Assembly (NCBI GenBank): GCA_002269645.1
Contig: NIVC01001178.1
Coordinates: 1-64,000, forward strand
DNA: 64,000 bases
Source of the DNA: Macrostomum lignano
Taxonomy: Eukaryota
Reading direction: 5' to 3'
Positions 11,320 through 24,300 of this stretch are shown in pieces. Made by a program: the position numbers and the translations under genes. The notes beneath the pieces were generated by a model. It was not told the DNA's origin and did no database searches. It saw only the letters and a program-made list of their open reading frames with translations. How positions within the stretch are numbered: the stretch's first letter is position 1; each line of letters opens with the position of its first letter.

Positions 11320-13386
11320 TTGGTGGCATAATAACACTAATAAAACATTTGTATTAGCAGTTAGAAATAGAGACCAATTACTTTATAGATAGCCATGACA
11401 GGTTTTTAGGTGCCAAATGTATACAGACTATTGAGTGTTTACTTGCTATTTTTAAAGTTCATAAATAACAATTTATTATTGTTTCCTTATTGTATCCTAT
11501 ATAGTGTATTCCTGTTTATTATATTGTTTATAGCAGAGGTATAGATATATAGAAACTTATATGCTATTGTCAAAGCTACCCCCTATTTCTAAAGCTAACT
11601 AGCCTATCATTAATGTTTTTTTTGCTTCAAATTTGTGATATTATCTTTATGTTTTACAATAAGCAAAGCTTATTTAACTTTCCAAAAATTAAGAATCACA
11701 CAAATTAAGAATCATATACAAGCTATATATGCACTTACAATAAAAAGCCTTTATATATATTTGGCACTACAAAGGCTATCACTGAAATGGATGGCCTTTA
11801 AATGAATATCACTAAAGAAACTATAACTCCTAGAAATTTAAAAGACAAGGGTTTTTGATTGTAGCATAAAGGCATTTTGGTACTAGGCATTTTGGACAAT
11901 ATCTAGTGCAAATCAATCTTGCAATGTTTATGATGATATAATGCAAGGAGGGAATGTAGGATTACATGAAAAAGGGAGTGTGGGATACTTATAAGAGAGA
12001 TATGAGAAACAGATTAAAAAGAAAAATGTAGGATACACAGCAAGAGATGCAAATCATATATAGAGGAAGGGAATAAGGTACATATGGGGAAAATAGAAAT
12101 ACAAGAAAAGGGGTTCTAATGCAGATCTAACCTATGCAATAGTCAATAGAGATAGATTTAGGCATATAAGTACAGTAGTCTTTGGTACAATTTATTCTAA
12201 AAAAGCTAAAAGCCTTATTGCAACATTAGTAGCAATGACCAAGGTTTAAATTTAAGTTAGCTCTATAAACAATACAATGGAGATTGGTAAATGTATTAGA
12301 ATTTATTATAAAAGCTTTTTTCATTCAAAATAAAAATAGCCCTAAAAGCATTGATCAAATATTATGTTTGATAAGCCAAGGATTATTGCACCTGGATAAA
12401 CAAAGATTATTGCACTAGCCATGACATGGATTATTTCATTAGGCCTACTCCATTAATGCAATTATTGCATTAGTGGAAGAAATATTGGCACTAGCAACTT
12501 GTTGTCTAGTGGATACTTGCTGTCTAGTGTTGCATCCCGGTGGAGTCTTCAACAGGTGGTGTTGCGTCGCAGTCGCGGAGTCCATGGTTTTGATTAGTAG
12601 TGTTGCAACACTATTGCAGTTGTCAATTGCCACAATTAATAAACATATAGTCAGAAACCATATTTGGGTAAGATATCAAACCATATTCCGGGTTTTTGTT
12701 AACATAAATATTGTTATGTCAAGAGATGAGCTTCTTGTAATTTTTTGTTTTATCTTGTTATTTTTCATTTCAATTTACTTTTATGTCATTTACAATATAA
12801 CATGTGAATAGACAATATTTGCTGTTGCGGACTTGAAGTTAAAGTTTCTTGTTCTCCAGTTTTGATTATGACATTTGTTTTGCTAATGACAAACATTAAG
12901 AATTGAGTGAATTGAACTCAGATGAAATGACTGCTGGGCCAGCTGCTAGCCTGCTATGAATTATTAAAAACAAGTAACAAGTAATACTTGTTAGTTACAA
13001 TGTATGCGCTGTTTTTTAACTGCTATACCTTTGTTGTTTTACTTTTTATTGTTTTTTAATTTCATTTCTTTTTCCACGAAATTGAATGGAATACTTTTGT
13101 CCCTCACTCCATGGTCTTAGGAGTGAATGGCAGAATGGGAATTGTCATTTTAAGTGAATGCTCTCCCCTCTCACCCCCCCTGGTCATTTGGTCAACAAAC
13201 ATTGGTGTTGCGTCACCAAGTCGCATCACACCCCCAGTCAACAAAATTTTGAGGGCACAATTTTGGCACCCATTTTGTGTGTCCATGGGTTTTTGAAACT
13301 TATTCCAATAGGGTCTGTAAGATACTTGCTATTTGCAATTGTTTACTATTTGTTTACTATAATTGTATAAATATGTTACAATACAA

Positions 13387-14008
13387 TAGTGTTCCGCTAT
13401 AGCCGTAAATATGGTAAAATAGGTGCCTATGGCAGCTATGGATATACCTACGGTAGCTAGCTGCTCTTATGGCTACGACTACTGAAATATGGTAGTTGCT
13501 GTCACATTCCGTAGATTCCCGTAGCCGTAGTTATTATTGTTAAAAATTGAAAAAATATTAGAAACAGGTAGAGTAAAACAAATATACTTTTAGTAAACTG
13601 TATTATCAACCTAGAAACTTATAAAATATACCTAAAAAAGTACAATAAAACACTAGCAAACTCTAATTTTTATTAATGTGAAAAAGTTTAGTGTTAGTAC
13701 TTTCAATAACAACTAAGTATTGTTGCTTTGAAAAAAGACAAAATATAATCTTACAAAGACAATTAGGCCTGTGTTTCTTTTATTTTCTAATTTAATTTGC
13801 AGTTGTTTAAGCACTAGGTTATCTTCTTGATTCAAAATATTTTGTTTTTTAGACTTTTTGTTAAAACTACGGCTACGGCTATGGGAACTACAAGAATATT
13901 GTAATTTCGGGGTCCCTACAGCTACGGAATATGGAGAATTGGAGTAAGCCCTAGTTTTGCTTACGGCTAGGGCTACAGTACATGGACCCTCCTTATGGTG
14001 GAACACTA
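13387..14008. mobile_element. hAT-type non-autonomous element
   Basis: TIR TAGTGTTCC / GGAACACTA, exact 8-bp TSD CAATACAA, subterminal CCGTAG/CTACGG repeats. Confidence 0.85.
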
Positions 14009-14058
14009 CAATACAAAAGTAAAAAAATCATAAAAAATAGCCAATTCTTATTCTAATT

Positions 14059-15637
14059 TAGTGATGGACCGAATGTCAATTTTGCAAGTTTCCTAAACTG
14101 AATCTAAATATACAAAAAAATTCTGAATCCAAATTTAAATATCCAAATATGTTTTCTACTGTAGATAAAAGCAAAAGGTAAACAGCAGGAGTAACTATGA
14201 CACCTTTCTATGACGAAAATGCCTTATCATCTAATTATTAATCCTATTAGTGCTATACATATATTACTGACAAGATTCAATCTAATCTCAAGCTCTATCT
14301 AGTATCTGAATTGAATTAAACTTACAATTGAACTCAATTCCTTTAATTTAATCTAACTAATTCCAATTACTAATACTAACTGATATTACATTTGTGCAAT
14401 TTGATAACTTTACCATGTATAATGCATGTTAAAGACCATTGCATTTGCATTTTGAAAAAAGTGATGATTAAACTTAAACAATAATTTCTGCAATTAAATG
14501 TTTCTACAACTTTAGGTTAAATGCCTCAAAGGTCCTAAAGTTAAATAACTTTACTTATTAACACTTTTTAATAATATACATTGCTGCAAAAAAGACAATT
14601 GAAAAAACAAACAATATTACATTAAGTTTGTGTTCTTATTTTGTAGTAGTGCTTCAATACTGTACGAATTTTTAACAATAAAGGTATGATTTCTTAGAAA
14701 CCAAACTTGTGCAAAATATTAGATAAATATTTTGTTTAAATGCATTGAATGTATTTGTTTTACCATAGTGAATATTTTGTTTTATGGCATGAAATAAGTT
14801 GGAATTATTTTTTGTTTTAATTATATGGGGAGGAACCACTATATATAGGAGCTGTTTGAGTCAAAATATAACCAACTGTCTGTGACTTGTGAGCAAAACA
14901 TTGCAAACAAAATAGCAGTTCAACCTATATATTTCAAAGTCTTTTGAGTTTAATAGCGACTTATTCATTTACAAAAGCTGAGAGCAGTACCAAAAAACTT
15001 GCTAAGAGAGGGAATTGGGACTAATTCTTGGAGATATACTAAGAGAGATGCTGTGACCCTCTAGTCTTGATAAATGCCCAATTAGGACAATTTACTAATA
15101 CATATACTAATACTAGACTGCTCAGGCCATAAGCTACCAGAACCTTATCAGAAAGGCCATAAGCTACCAGAACACTACCAGAAACACTACTAAGAACGCT
15201 ACCCAGAAATATTCAAATGAAATTCTAAGAAGATTTAGAAGGCAAGATTTAGTGTCAGCAGTAAAAATATAATAGAGGAAATTATAAACCTGTAACAACT
15301 TTGGTGGCAGCTTGTAGGATATTTAATAAACACTAGCATCAATAGTTAGGAGTTTAGAAAGATAGAGCCAAAAGGCCTGTCATAGCTAGTGGCATTTAGT
15401 GGGATTAAAATTGACAAAATAGGAGGCAAAAAGCCTGTCACAATTTTTCTAATTGACCTTTTTAAAAGTTGTATTTTTTTTACAATAGCATAATTTTGTT
15501 TAGGTTTTTTTATATTTGGAAGCACATTTGGAATTTTAGAAAATAAAATTTCCGAAACAAAAACATTTGGACTTCTAAAAAAGTGACACTCTTTTTTAGA
15601 TTCGGAATCTGAATCAAAATATTTAGATCCATCACTA
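14059..15637. mobile_element. hAT-type non-autonomous element (about 1.6 kb, no ORF)
   Basis: TIR TAGTGATGGA / TCCATCACTA and exact 8-bp TSD TTCTAATT. Confidence 0.85.
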
Positions 15638-17366
15638 TTCTAATTTAATTTTAATCTAAGACCAAATTGTATTAAAAAGATGTTTTAAAGGCTTTTTAAC
15701 AAGATCTGTATCTTATTAAAATCTTAATTAAAATAACTTAATTCTAAAAATAATTAGATTACATAATTAATAATTTAATAAATAAACATGATTTTTAAGC
15801 TTAATATATACAAAAGGTTTATTTTATAATGCAGATTTAATACTTGATACTCACATTCCTTCATAGTTATTCTGGTAGCTTCTGTGTCTTTTCTTTGGTT
15901 AGCCATAACTAGTAGTATAATAGCCTTATCTTATAAATATAATTATTTTTTTTAATTTCTTGCCTCAAAGTAAGCCTTTAACTTGATCACACAGTGATAC
16001 TCAAAAACATAATAAATATATTTGCCTTACCATAGTCTATAAAAAATATTGCACTTAGTAGCTACCTTTTAGGCCTACACAAGCAATTCAATTTTAAATT
16101 ATCTACTAAGCCATACACTATCTATACAATTAAAAATTATAATTAATATTACAATTAATTAAAATTTAAAAAATGCAGCGATCTTTCGACGTTCAGATTA
16201 GTCCAGTGATGTTAGTTTACTGTTTCGTAAGTGACCTAGGCACTCCAGCCCTAGCTATAAGGATGGTCAGGTTAATATAGGCCTATTGAAGATCTATTAA
16301 AAAACTTGACCTTAGGTTTTGTCAAAAAGCTAAATATTAAATAGTTCTAAAGTCTGCTTTCTTTCAGCAAATTAACTACGCTTAGATTAAATAATATAGG
16401 GCTAGACGCATATATTTTTAATAGTTCTTTGTACCCTCGAGAATGGCAATTAGATCGTTTTCACGAGCGGTGCGTTTGAATTGGAACCAAAACCCTGATT
16501 TTTCGGTTTGCAGCGTTATTTATATTTTTGATAAAAATAAAACCCGTCGGATTCTGCACTTGCATATGAAAGGGGAGAGGGATTTTACCTTGAACGTATA
16601 ATGAAGCAAAGTAAATTTCTTTATCTAACTAACTAATATTAACAGTTAGTCGCAGAAGTCGTCGAGCAACGCTGAAATAGCCTAGCTACTCTAATAAGTC
16701 CCTCTCTTGAACTCCAAATTTCATTAAAGGTAGACTTTCTCTGTCATGATGTTTTATTATAATTATAACTATATACATGTATTTGGACTGGAATAGTTGT
16801 TTCAAGTTATACATTTTTAAATTAATTCATATTCGTTGTGCTTTCATTTTTTCAGCAATAAACCTCAAATGCAAATTCCTCCCTTTCTTTTATTTGTTTA
16901 TATCTTCATTTTAGTAGGGGTTTTCCGGTCTACAGTTGCAGTTTTCCTGTTGACAATATTCAATTCTGATATCCACGAGGCCTCAATTGATTTTTACAGG
17001 TAATAAAATTCCGTAATATAATACTTTCTGTGCCATTAGTTTTGAATGAATGACCTAAAATAATATTTTTTAGCTTAATTGGTCTCTGTCTACCTGTCGT
17101 GTACTGTATAGTAGAAGCGTAAAAATTTCTGGAAACGTAGCGACACGACACTGTGAACATTATTTATTTTTACTGGTTAATTCAAGCAATATGTAATATA
17201 TATGTTGTTAATTCTCACTGCTAAAAATCCGCAGTGAGAAATGCCCCTTCTGCCTCCTCCGGTGTCGAGAATGCGGAGCAATCTGTGAATGCCCCGCCTT
17301 TACTCAGGACAGGCTAACCTACCTCGGCCCAAATCCGGACCTCTTCGACGTTTTCAGGCCCGAGAA

Positions 17367-18650
17367 TCTCTGCCATCGCCGCACTGCTGCACCATCCGAC
17401 GGGCAAGGGCGTCCCATTTGACTGGACTTCGGAATGCCAGACGGCTCGACGAGCTCAAAAAGGTGCCTAATTAGTCCTCCGATCCTGGTGAACCCGGATT
17501 TCACCAAGGAGTTCTCAGTCTTCACGGATGCCAGTGGCAGCGGAGTCGGTGCAATTCTGATTAATCAAGGCGAGGCGGTGATCGAGTTCTCAAGCCGCGC
17601 GTTCAATTCAGCTGAGAAGAAATACTCTGCAACAGAAAAGGAGTGCCTGTCCATTCTGCACGCATTCAAAGTTTTTCGCCACTATCTTCTCGGCAAGCAT
17701 TTCACGGTGCACACGGATCACTGCCCGCTCACCTACATCGATTCACAGAGAGTTGACAGCTACGGCAGGCTAGAACGATGGCGTCTGCTGCTTTAAGAGT
17801 TCGACTTCACCGTCAAGTACCAAAGAGGCGTTGAGAACACAGATGCTGACCCGCTGTCCAGACTGCACGGCCAAGAAGTTGCAGCTACGCAGCCGACTCC
17901 GGAAATCGACACTGAAGAGCTCAAAACTGCGCAGCGACAGGACCTGGAGCTCAGCGAGGTGATTCAGCTGGTGATGGACAAGGACGCAGAAATTGCACCC
18001 AGATGGCGGGCAGGACCACTGCAGCAACTTGACAGAATCTGGAAGAAGCTGAAGCTGGATGATGACGGTGTTCTACTGCGCAAGTTCAATAACCCGGACG
18101 GCCTGCGGGAGGTTCCAGTGGTGCCAGCGCGGCTTCGACAACAGTTTTTGACCAACGCTCACGAAGGTCTGGGAGGTCATTTCGGAGCCGAGAAATGCTA
18201 CCGCACACTGAAACTGACCGCGTACTGGCCCGGCATGGCTGAAGACATCGTGCAACACTGCCAGAGTTGTTCCGTCTGTCAGGAGAAGAAAGCGGGTTCG
18301 CGGACCAGCGCGCCGCTCGGAGAACTGCCAATCGGCTCGCCGTGGGATTCTGTGGCTATCGACATCGTCAAGGTAGTGCCATCATCGTGCGGCAACAAAT
18401 ACCTGCTGGTTGCTCAGGATCAATTTTCCAAGTACCTGACGGCCGTGGCGATTCCTGACAAGACTGCTGAGACTACTGCTCGCGCCTTTCTCTCCATCTG
18501 CTCCCAGACTGGACTTCCCCGAGCCATCCACTCCGATCAAGGACCGAATTTCGAGTCTCAGCTTTTTCAAGACACTCTGCGAGGCCTGGGAGTCATGAAG
18601 ACAAGAACAACGGCTTACAATCCCAAAGACAACGGATTAGCAGAGTCGGG
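17367..18650 (+). mobile_element. Ty3/Gypsy pol relic: RT connection, RNase H and integrase (HHCC plus DDE core), truncated
   Basis: GKGVPFDWTSECQ; FSVFTDASGSGVGAIL...YSATEKECLSIL...FTVHTDH; in-frame TAA at about 17794 then EFDFTVKYQRG. Integrase H-x4-H...C-x2-C, WDSVAIDI, IHSDQGPNFES, TTAYNP..NGLAE. No LTRs seen. Confidence 0.9.
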
Positions 18651-20482
18651 CAACAATTCAGTGCAGTCAGTCGTATCTCTCTGCCTTGGTCTACATAAGT
18701 ACCCGACGTTTAGTAAAAATACGTGAAAAGGCGAAAGAATTACAAAGCATAATTTTTTTGCGCACCGCATCGCGAAATCTGAGAATAGTGGAGGTAAAAG
18801 GTGAAATAGAGCAGCTAGAAAGAATTTAGAGAGCTCGAACCATCAGGCCGCATTGCGTTTGTGAAGTTTCAAAGGACCTAAGGGCCAGAGAGCCTGGGAG
18901 GCTTCGCGAGCAGAAGTTTGCTGTCCCCTGGTGAACAATTACACCATGTACAAGATAAAATTCCGCGTGCTTTTTATATTTTATTCATAAACCAAAATAC
19001 AAATTATTATTAATTTCTAAATAATACTTATACTACTTACTACCAGCGGGACAGCGCCAACCCAACAGTAGAATCAGGAGGAGGGGTGCAAAGACTGCGG
19101 CCATCCTGACCACTAGCCAGCGACAAAACCCGAGTGTGCACGCGCAAAAAGATACTCCAGCCAGGCATCCAGAGTCCCCATGTCTCGGAAGAGGGCTTCC
19201 ATGTTGGAGCGAGTCTTGGCAGCTAATTTACCAGGGGCGAGTCTCGTATCAAAGAACTTGCAAAGGGCTGCAAGCCACAAGGCTTTTTCACTACCCAGCT
19301 CTATTGAGCCCAAGTCAAGGGGTTGGAGAGGGAGCAGCACAGAGCGGAGACACCGCGGACTCAGCCGGTATTCCCCGATTCGGGACGAACTCTTCCACAG
19401 GACACCAATTCACTGTCAGTGATCACTGTCAGAGACACAATAATCAGGGAGACAACCAGAAGAGCCAGCAGATGGACCAAGGGAGTGGATGGAATTCTCA
19501 GAGGTGAGATCGTAACTCCAAATTTCTGGAATGGCTCATGACCAAAAGCTAAAAGCAAGGGATAAAAACATGGACCTCTGGGGTCATGTTTTATCACCCA
19601 ACCTCTGGGGCTCCGCCTCCCAGGGCTGGCATCAACTGGGCTCTACCGAACACTTTTGTGAATGGTCGTCTTTCCTTTGCAGGGCGGGTGCGACCAGGGG
19701 GCTCAAGCCTCGATCTAGTAGCCACTCCACAGTTCAGAGTCACAATCACTCCAGGTACACCCCCCCCCCTAAACCAAGGCAGGGCCGAAAAAACAGATGA
19801 GGGCACTTAGAGATTAAGCTACCCGAAGGGCAGGTCAATTGGATTGCGCACAGCCCGAGAAATGCCGGTGTCACGTCCTTAAAAAAATTCTGCCTTGTTT
19901 TATTCGGCTGGATGAAAGAAGACGACAAACGTATTTGGCCAAATACTTTTCAGTTGTTCAAACTCATTCGGTCATCTTGAATTCTCTCACAGAGCAGAAA
20001 CTATCTTATACCTTATTTTATTTGTCTTGAAATATTCCGACAACATTGCCAGTAGACAATAAATTATTACTGCAAAGTACATTGCAACTAAAAGACAACA
20101 ACAATCCAGAACTGAATGAAGTACTCGTACACAAAATCAGTCAATTCATTTTATAATATTATAAGGCTTGATGTGAAAAATAAATGAACCGTAAATAGTT
20201 AATTTAGCCTGTCCTTTGGATAAATCCTGCACAATTTACAAATATACACAAAGAAATTACGAGCATATGTTGAATAACCAAGCTTCCTTATCGATTGAGT
20301 CCTACGAGCTTTCTAAATCTCCCATTAAGTTGACATTGGTCTAAAGCACAAAGCTTCTAGTAAGTCAAGTTAGAAACCTTTTTTAGTCTCCAGTTCATAA
20401 CTTCATACCAAGCATCTCGATTATTTTAATTAGAAGCCTGAAACTACTGTCTAATAATAGAAATTTAAATTCTTTAAATCAC

Positions 20483-20875
20483 CTATTTGTGGTGGTATTT
20501 CTTCAGGTGGCGGCCATTGATCGCTGTAGATCGCCCCTCGAGTCTGTACAGGTTGCTGCTTAGGACACGTTCGACCATGTAAATCTTGGCGCACCAAGGT
20601 GTCTTCAGTTTTCCGCCTTTCCGATCGTCGCGGACAAAGTTCCGCAGCAGCACCTTGTCTCCGACTTTGAAGCTGAGGCTGCTAGCAGACGCCAGACGCT
20701 GCTGATGGTACTGCTGCATAGCTTGCTGCGCCTGACGGATGAGTCGACGCATCAACTCAATGGTCCGTCCACGTTCTTCTGACTTTCTCTCTACATGACG
20801 AATCGTGACGTCACCGACCATGGCAGCGTCTGCTGGTCCGATGCTTTCATGGCGGAAGTCGATAAAATAATGCAT
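20483..20875 (-). mobile_element. Stand-alone Gypsy/Ginger(GIN)-like integrase C-terminal (GPY/F-type) module
   Basis: FKVGDKVLLRN...RKGGKLKTPW..IYMVERVLSSNLYRL...N.RHLKKY, preceded by a Q/R-rich helix. No catalytic core upstream on this strand. Confidence 0.6.
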
Positions 20876-21376
20876 CCAAAGTTATCAGCCGAATACTTTT
20901 CTGCCTAGGATAATGGTTGGCATAACACCGGGGCAAAAACAGTCAGAGACCGTCTTTACGACTCATTACAGCATATAAACTTTTGCACCAAATTTGCCAA
21001 ATCATTTTTTAAATTATAGTCAGAGCACGTTCATGTATATTTTTTCCGTGCCCTCTGTCGATCAAAATACCGAATTTAAATTTACGAGAATAAATTTATT
21101 TGGTATCAAAATAATAAAAATACTGACAGAATGTCGATCATACCTATGTATACAATTAGCAAACATTTAGACATTAAATTAAACAAATTAAACAAACTGG
21201 TATACATAGCATACATTTAGCAAATAAGTACACACTTTTATCATTGCTGTTTGGTTGGTTGCAAGTCAAACAAATTATATTAGCAAAAGTAAAATATTTT
21301 GGAATCACCGCACGCAGCGTTGTATGTACAGTCCTGGGTTCATATAGAGTCAGAATATTAAGTGTAATTATATTCA

Positions 21377-24300
21377 CTACTGATGAATGTACTTAGGTCG
21401 AACAACGAAGTTAACAAGAGTCTCTTTGTAAGCGTCCCAGTTGTAGTAGGACTGCAGCTTCTCGTTCAGACTCTCCAAAGTAGGGAACATTTGAATCTGC
21501 AGAGGAGGACGTTATATTTGGATATTATGATTAAGGTGAATTATGAAGGAATTTGCCTGTCAGGGGAGTGGGGAAGGGTCCTTGGGAGGCGTCGGCGCCG
21601 GACAACAACGCAGGGCACCAGTGCCAGAGGCTGCACCATCGGGGGGGGGCGTCATCGGCCGGGGGCACCATAATTCAAAAGGCAGGCTATCAGCTATCAC
21701 CAAAAAAGGGCGCCAGCACCAGGGGCGCCAGCACCAGGGGCGCCAGCACCAGGGGCGCCAGCACCAGGGGCGCCAGCACCAGGGGCGCCAGCACCAGGGG
21801 CGCCAGCACCAGGGGCGCCAGCACCAGGGGCGCCAGCACCAGGAGCGCCAGCACCAGGGGCGCCAGCACCAGGGGCGCCAGCACCAGGGGCGCCAGCACC
21901 AGGGGCGCCAGCACCAGGGGCGCCAGCACCAGGGGCGCCAGCACCAGGGGCGCCAGCACCAGGGGCGCCAGCACCAGGGGCGCCAGCACCAGGGGCGCCA
22001 GCACCAGGGGCGCCAGCACCAGGGGCGCCAGCACCAGGGGCGCCAGCACCAGGGGCTTTGACACCAGGGGCGCCAGCACCAGGGGCTTCGACACCAGGGG
22101 CGCCAGCACCAGCAGGGGCGCCAGTGGCGGGGGCAGCAAGCAATTAAAGGGGTCAAATCTAGTTTTACTATGTAGTGGGCACGCCCCCTTTCCCCCATCT
22201 GGCTACAACCGGTCACCTAGATAGTGTCACCTAGATAGTGTCACCTAGATAGTATCACCTAGATAGTGTCACCTAGATAGTGTCACCTAGATAGTGTCAC
22301 CTAGATAGTGTCACCTAGATAGTGTCACCTAGATAGTGTCACCTAGATAGTGTCACCTAGATAGTGTCACCTAGATAGTGTCACCTAGATAGTGTCACCT
22401 AGATAGTGTCACCTAGATGTATTCATCCTTTAGAACTGCAAATGCAACTGACAATTTAATTTCTCGTTTGAGAATACATCTTGATATATCATTTAGTTCC
22501 TATGCTCACCTCGCGTCGAAGCAGCTGATAGTACTTCTCAGTCATGTGCTTCAGGAAGAATTCTTTGTTAATGAGGATGCACTCGGCTCCCATGGATACG
22601 AGTGTAACTCCCGTGGTGCCGCCGAACACGCGAAATGCGATGGGTTCCAGGCCCTGCAGGAGTTTGTTTTAAATTTTGCACAGATTTTCGAAAAAAAGGT
22701 TTACTGCTTTAAACCGCCTCCCAAGTGCTCAACCGGCCGTTCTTAGCCTTACTCATAGACTGTGTACAGTCTCAGTCATAGATTGTTTACAGTCTGAGTC
22801 ATAGATTGTGTACAGTCTGAGTCATAGATTGTGTACAGTCTGAGTCATAGATTGTGTACAGTCTCAGTCATAGATTGTGTACAGTCTGAGTCATAGATTG
22901 TGTACAGTCTGAATCATAGATTGTGTACAGTCTGAGTCATAGATTGTGTACAGTCTCAGTCATAGATTGTGTACAGTCTCAGTCATAGATTGTGTACAGT
23001 CTGAGTCATAGATTGTGTACAGTCTCAGTCATAGATTGTGTACAGTCTCAGTCATAGATTGTGTACAGTCTGAGTCATAGATTGTGTACAGTCTCAGTCA
23101 TAGATTGTGTACAGTCTCAGTCATAGATTGTGTACAGTCTCAGTCATAGATTGTGTACAGTCTGAGTCATAGATTGTGTACAGTCTCAGTCATAGATTGT
23201 GTACAGTCTGAGTCATAGATTGTGTACAGTCTGAGTCATAGATTGTGTACAGTCTGAGTCATAGATTGTGTACAGTCTCAGTCATAGATTGTGTACAGTC
23301 TCAGTCATAGATTGTGTACAGTCTGAGTCATAGATTGTGTACAGTCTCAGTCATATATTGTGTACAGTCTGAATCATAGATTGTGTACAGTCTCAGTCAT
23401 AGATTGTGTACAGTCTCAGTCATAGATTGTGTACAGTCTGAGTCATAGATTGTGTACAGTCTGAGTCATAGATTGTGTACAGTCTGAGTCATAGATTGTG
23501 TACAGTCTCAGTCATAGATTGTGTACAGTCTGAGTCATAGATTGTGTACAGTCTCAGTCATAGATTGTGTACAGTCTGAGTCATAGATTGTGTACAGTCT
23601 CAGTCATAGATTGTGTACAGTCTCAGTCATAGATTGTGTACAGTATTGGCGCACTTGCATGTGCTTTGGAGTCAGCGCAGTCATTGCCATCCTGAAATTA
23701 TGGTTATTAGTGCCAGCACCAGCGCATGCTTAAAGACAATTCACCGCGAACTCACAAAGGTATCCCGACGTTGCAGCACTTTCAGCTGAATGTACAGCTT
23801 GCCAGAAGGTCGGGCAACAACCCGCGGCAGTGACTGGCCGACACCACCCCTGTCACCGCTTTTCGGCTCGGGCAGACAGTCCCGTTGCATGAATTCCAGG
23901 TAGCGCTGATCATCCGTGTCCTGCTCAACTGGGTAGCTGTCGCACATTCTCTGCCTGCTGCGCAGTCGCGGTATTGTTGAAGCGCACGGCTGCAGGTCCT
24001 TCATCACCAGGCAGTGTCCGGATTTCACAATCAGGACGGAATCGGCCGAGTTGCTGTCCCGGCAGAGCACGATGCCTTTTCTGCGAGTTCAAATGATAAG
24101 CTTTGGGGAATAAACCATGTAGAGTTCTTATCCCCCTGATATTTGCTGCTACTCAGTTTCTTGCTGTGCTCACGACGTCCTTTAGGGGCATCTAGTATGG
24201 GATACATTTTAGCAAACTAGCAAACATTTTAGCATCTTATGACCTTTGTGAGGGCTTTTAAGAGGTTGTGGATGCATTATAAATTTTAATATTTATATGC

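Noticed and set aside
23645-23700. Possible extra CNBD exon (TTTCAG|GATGGC...)
   Set aside because: The flanking exons already join in frame to give the conserved DTF|GL motif, and no good donor follows.
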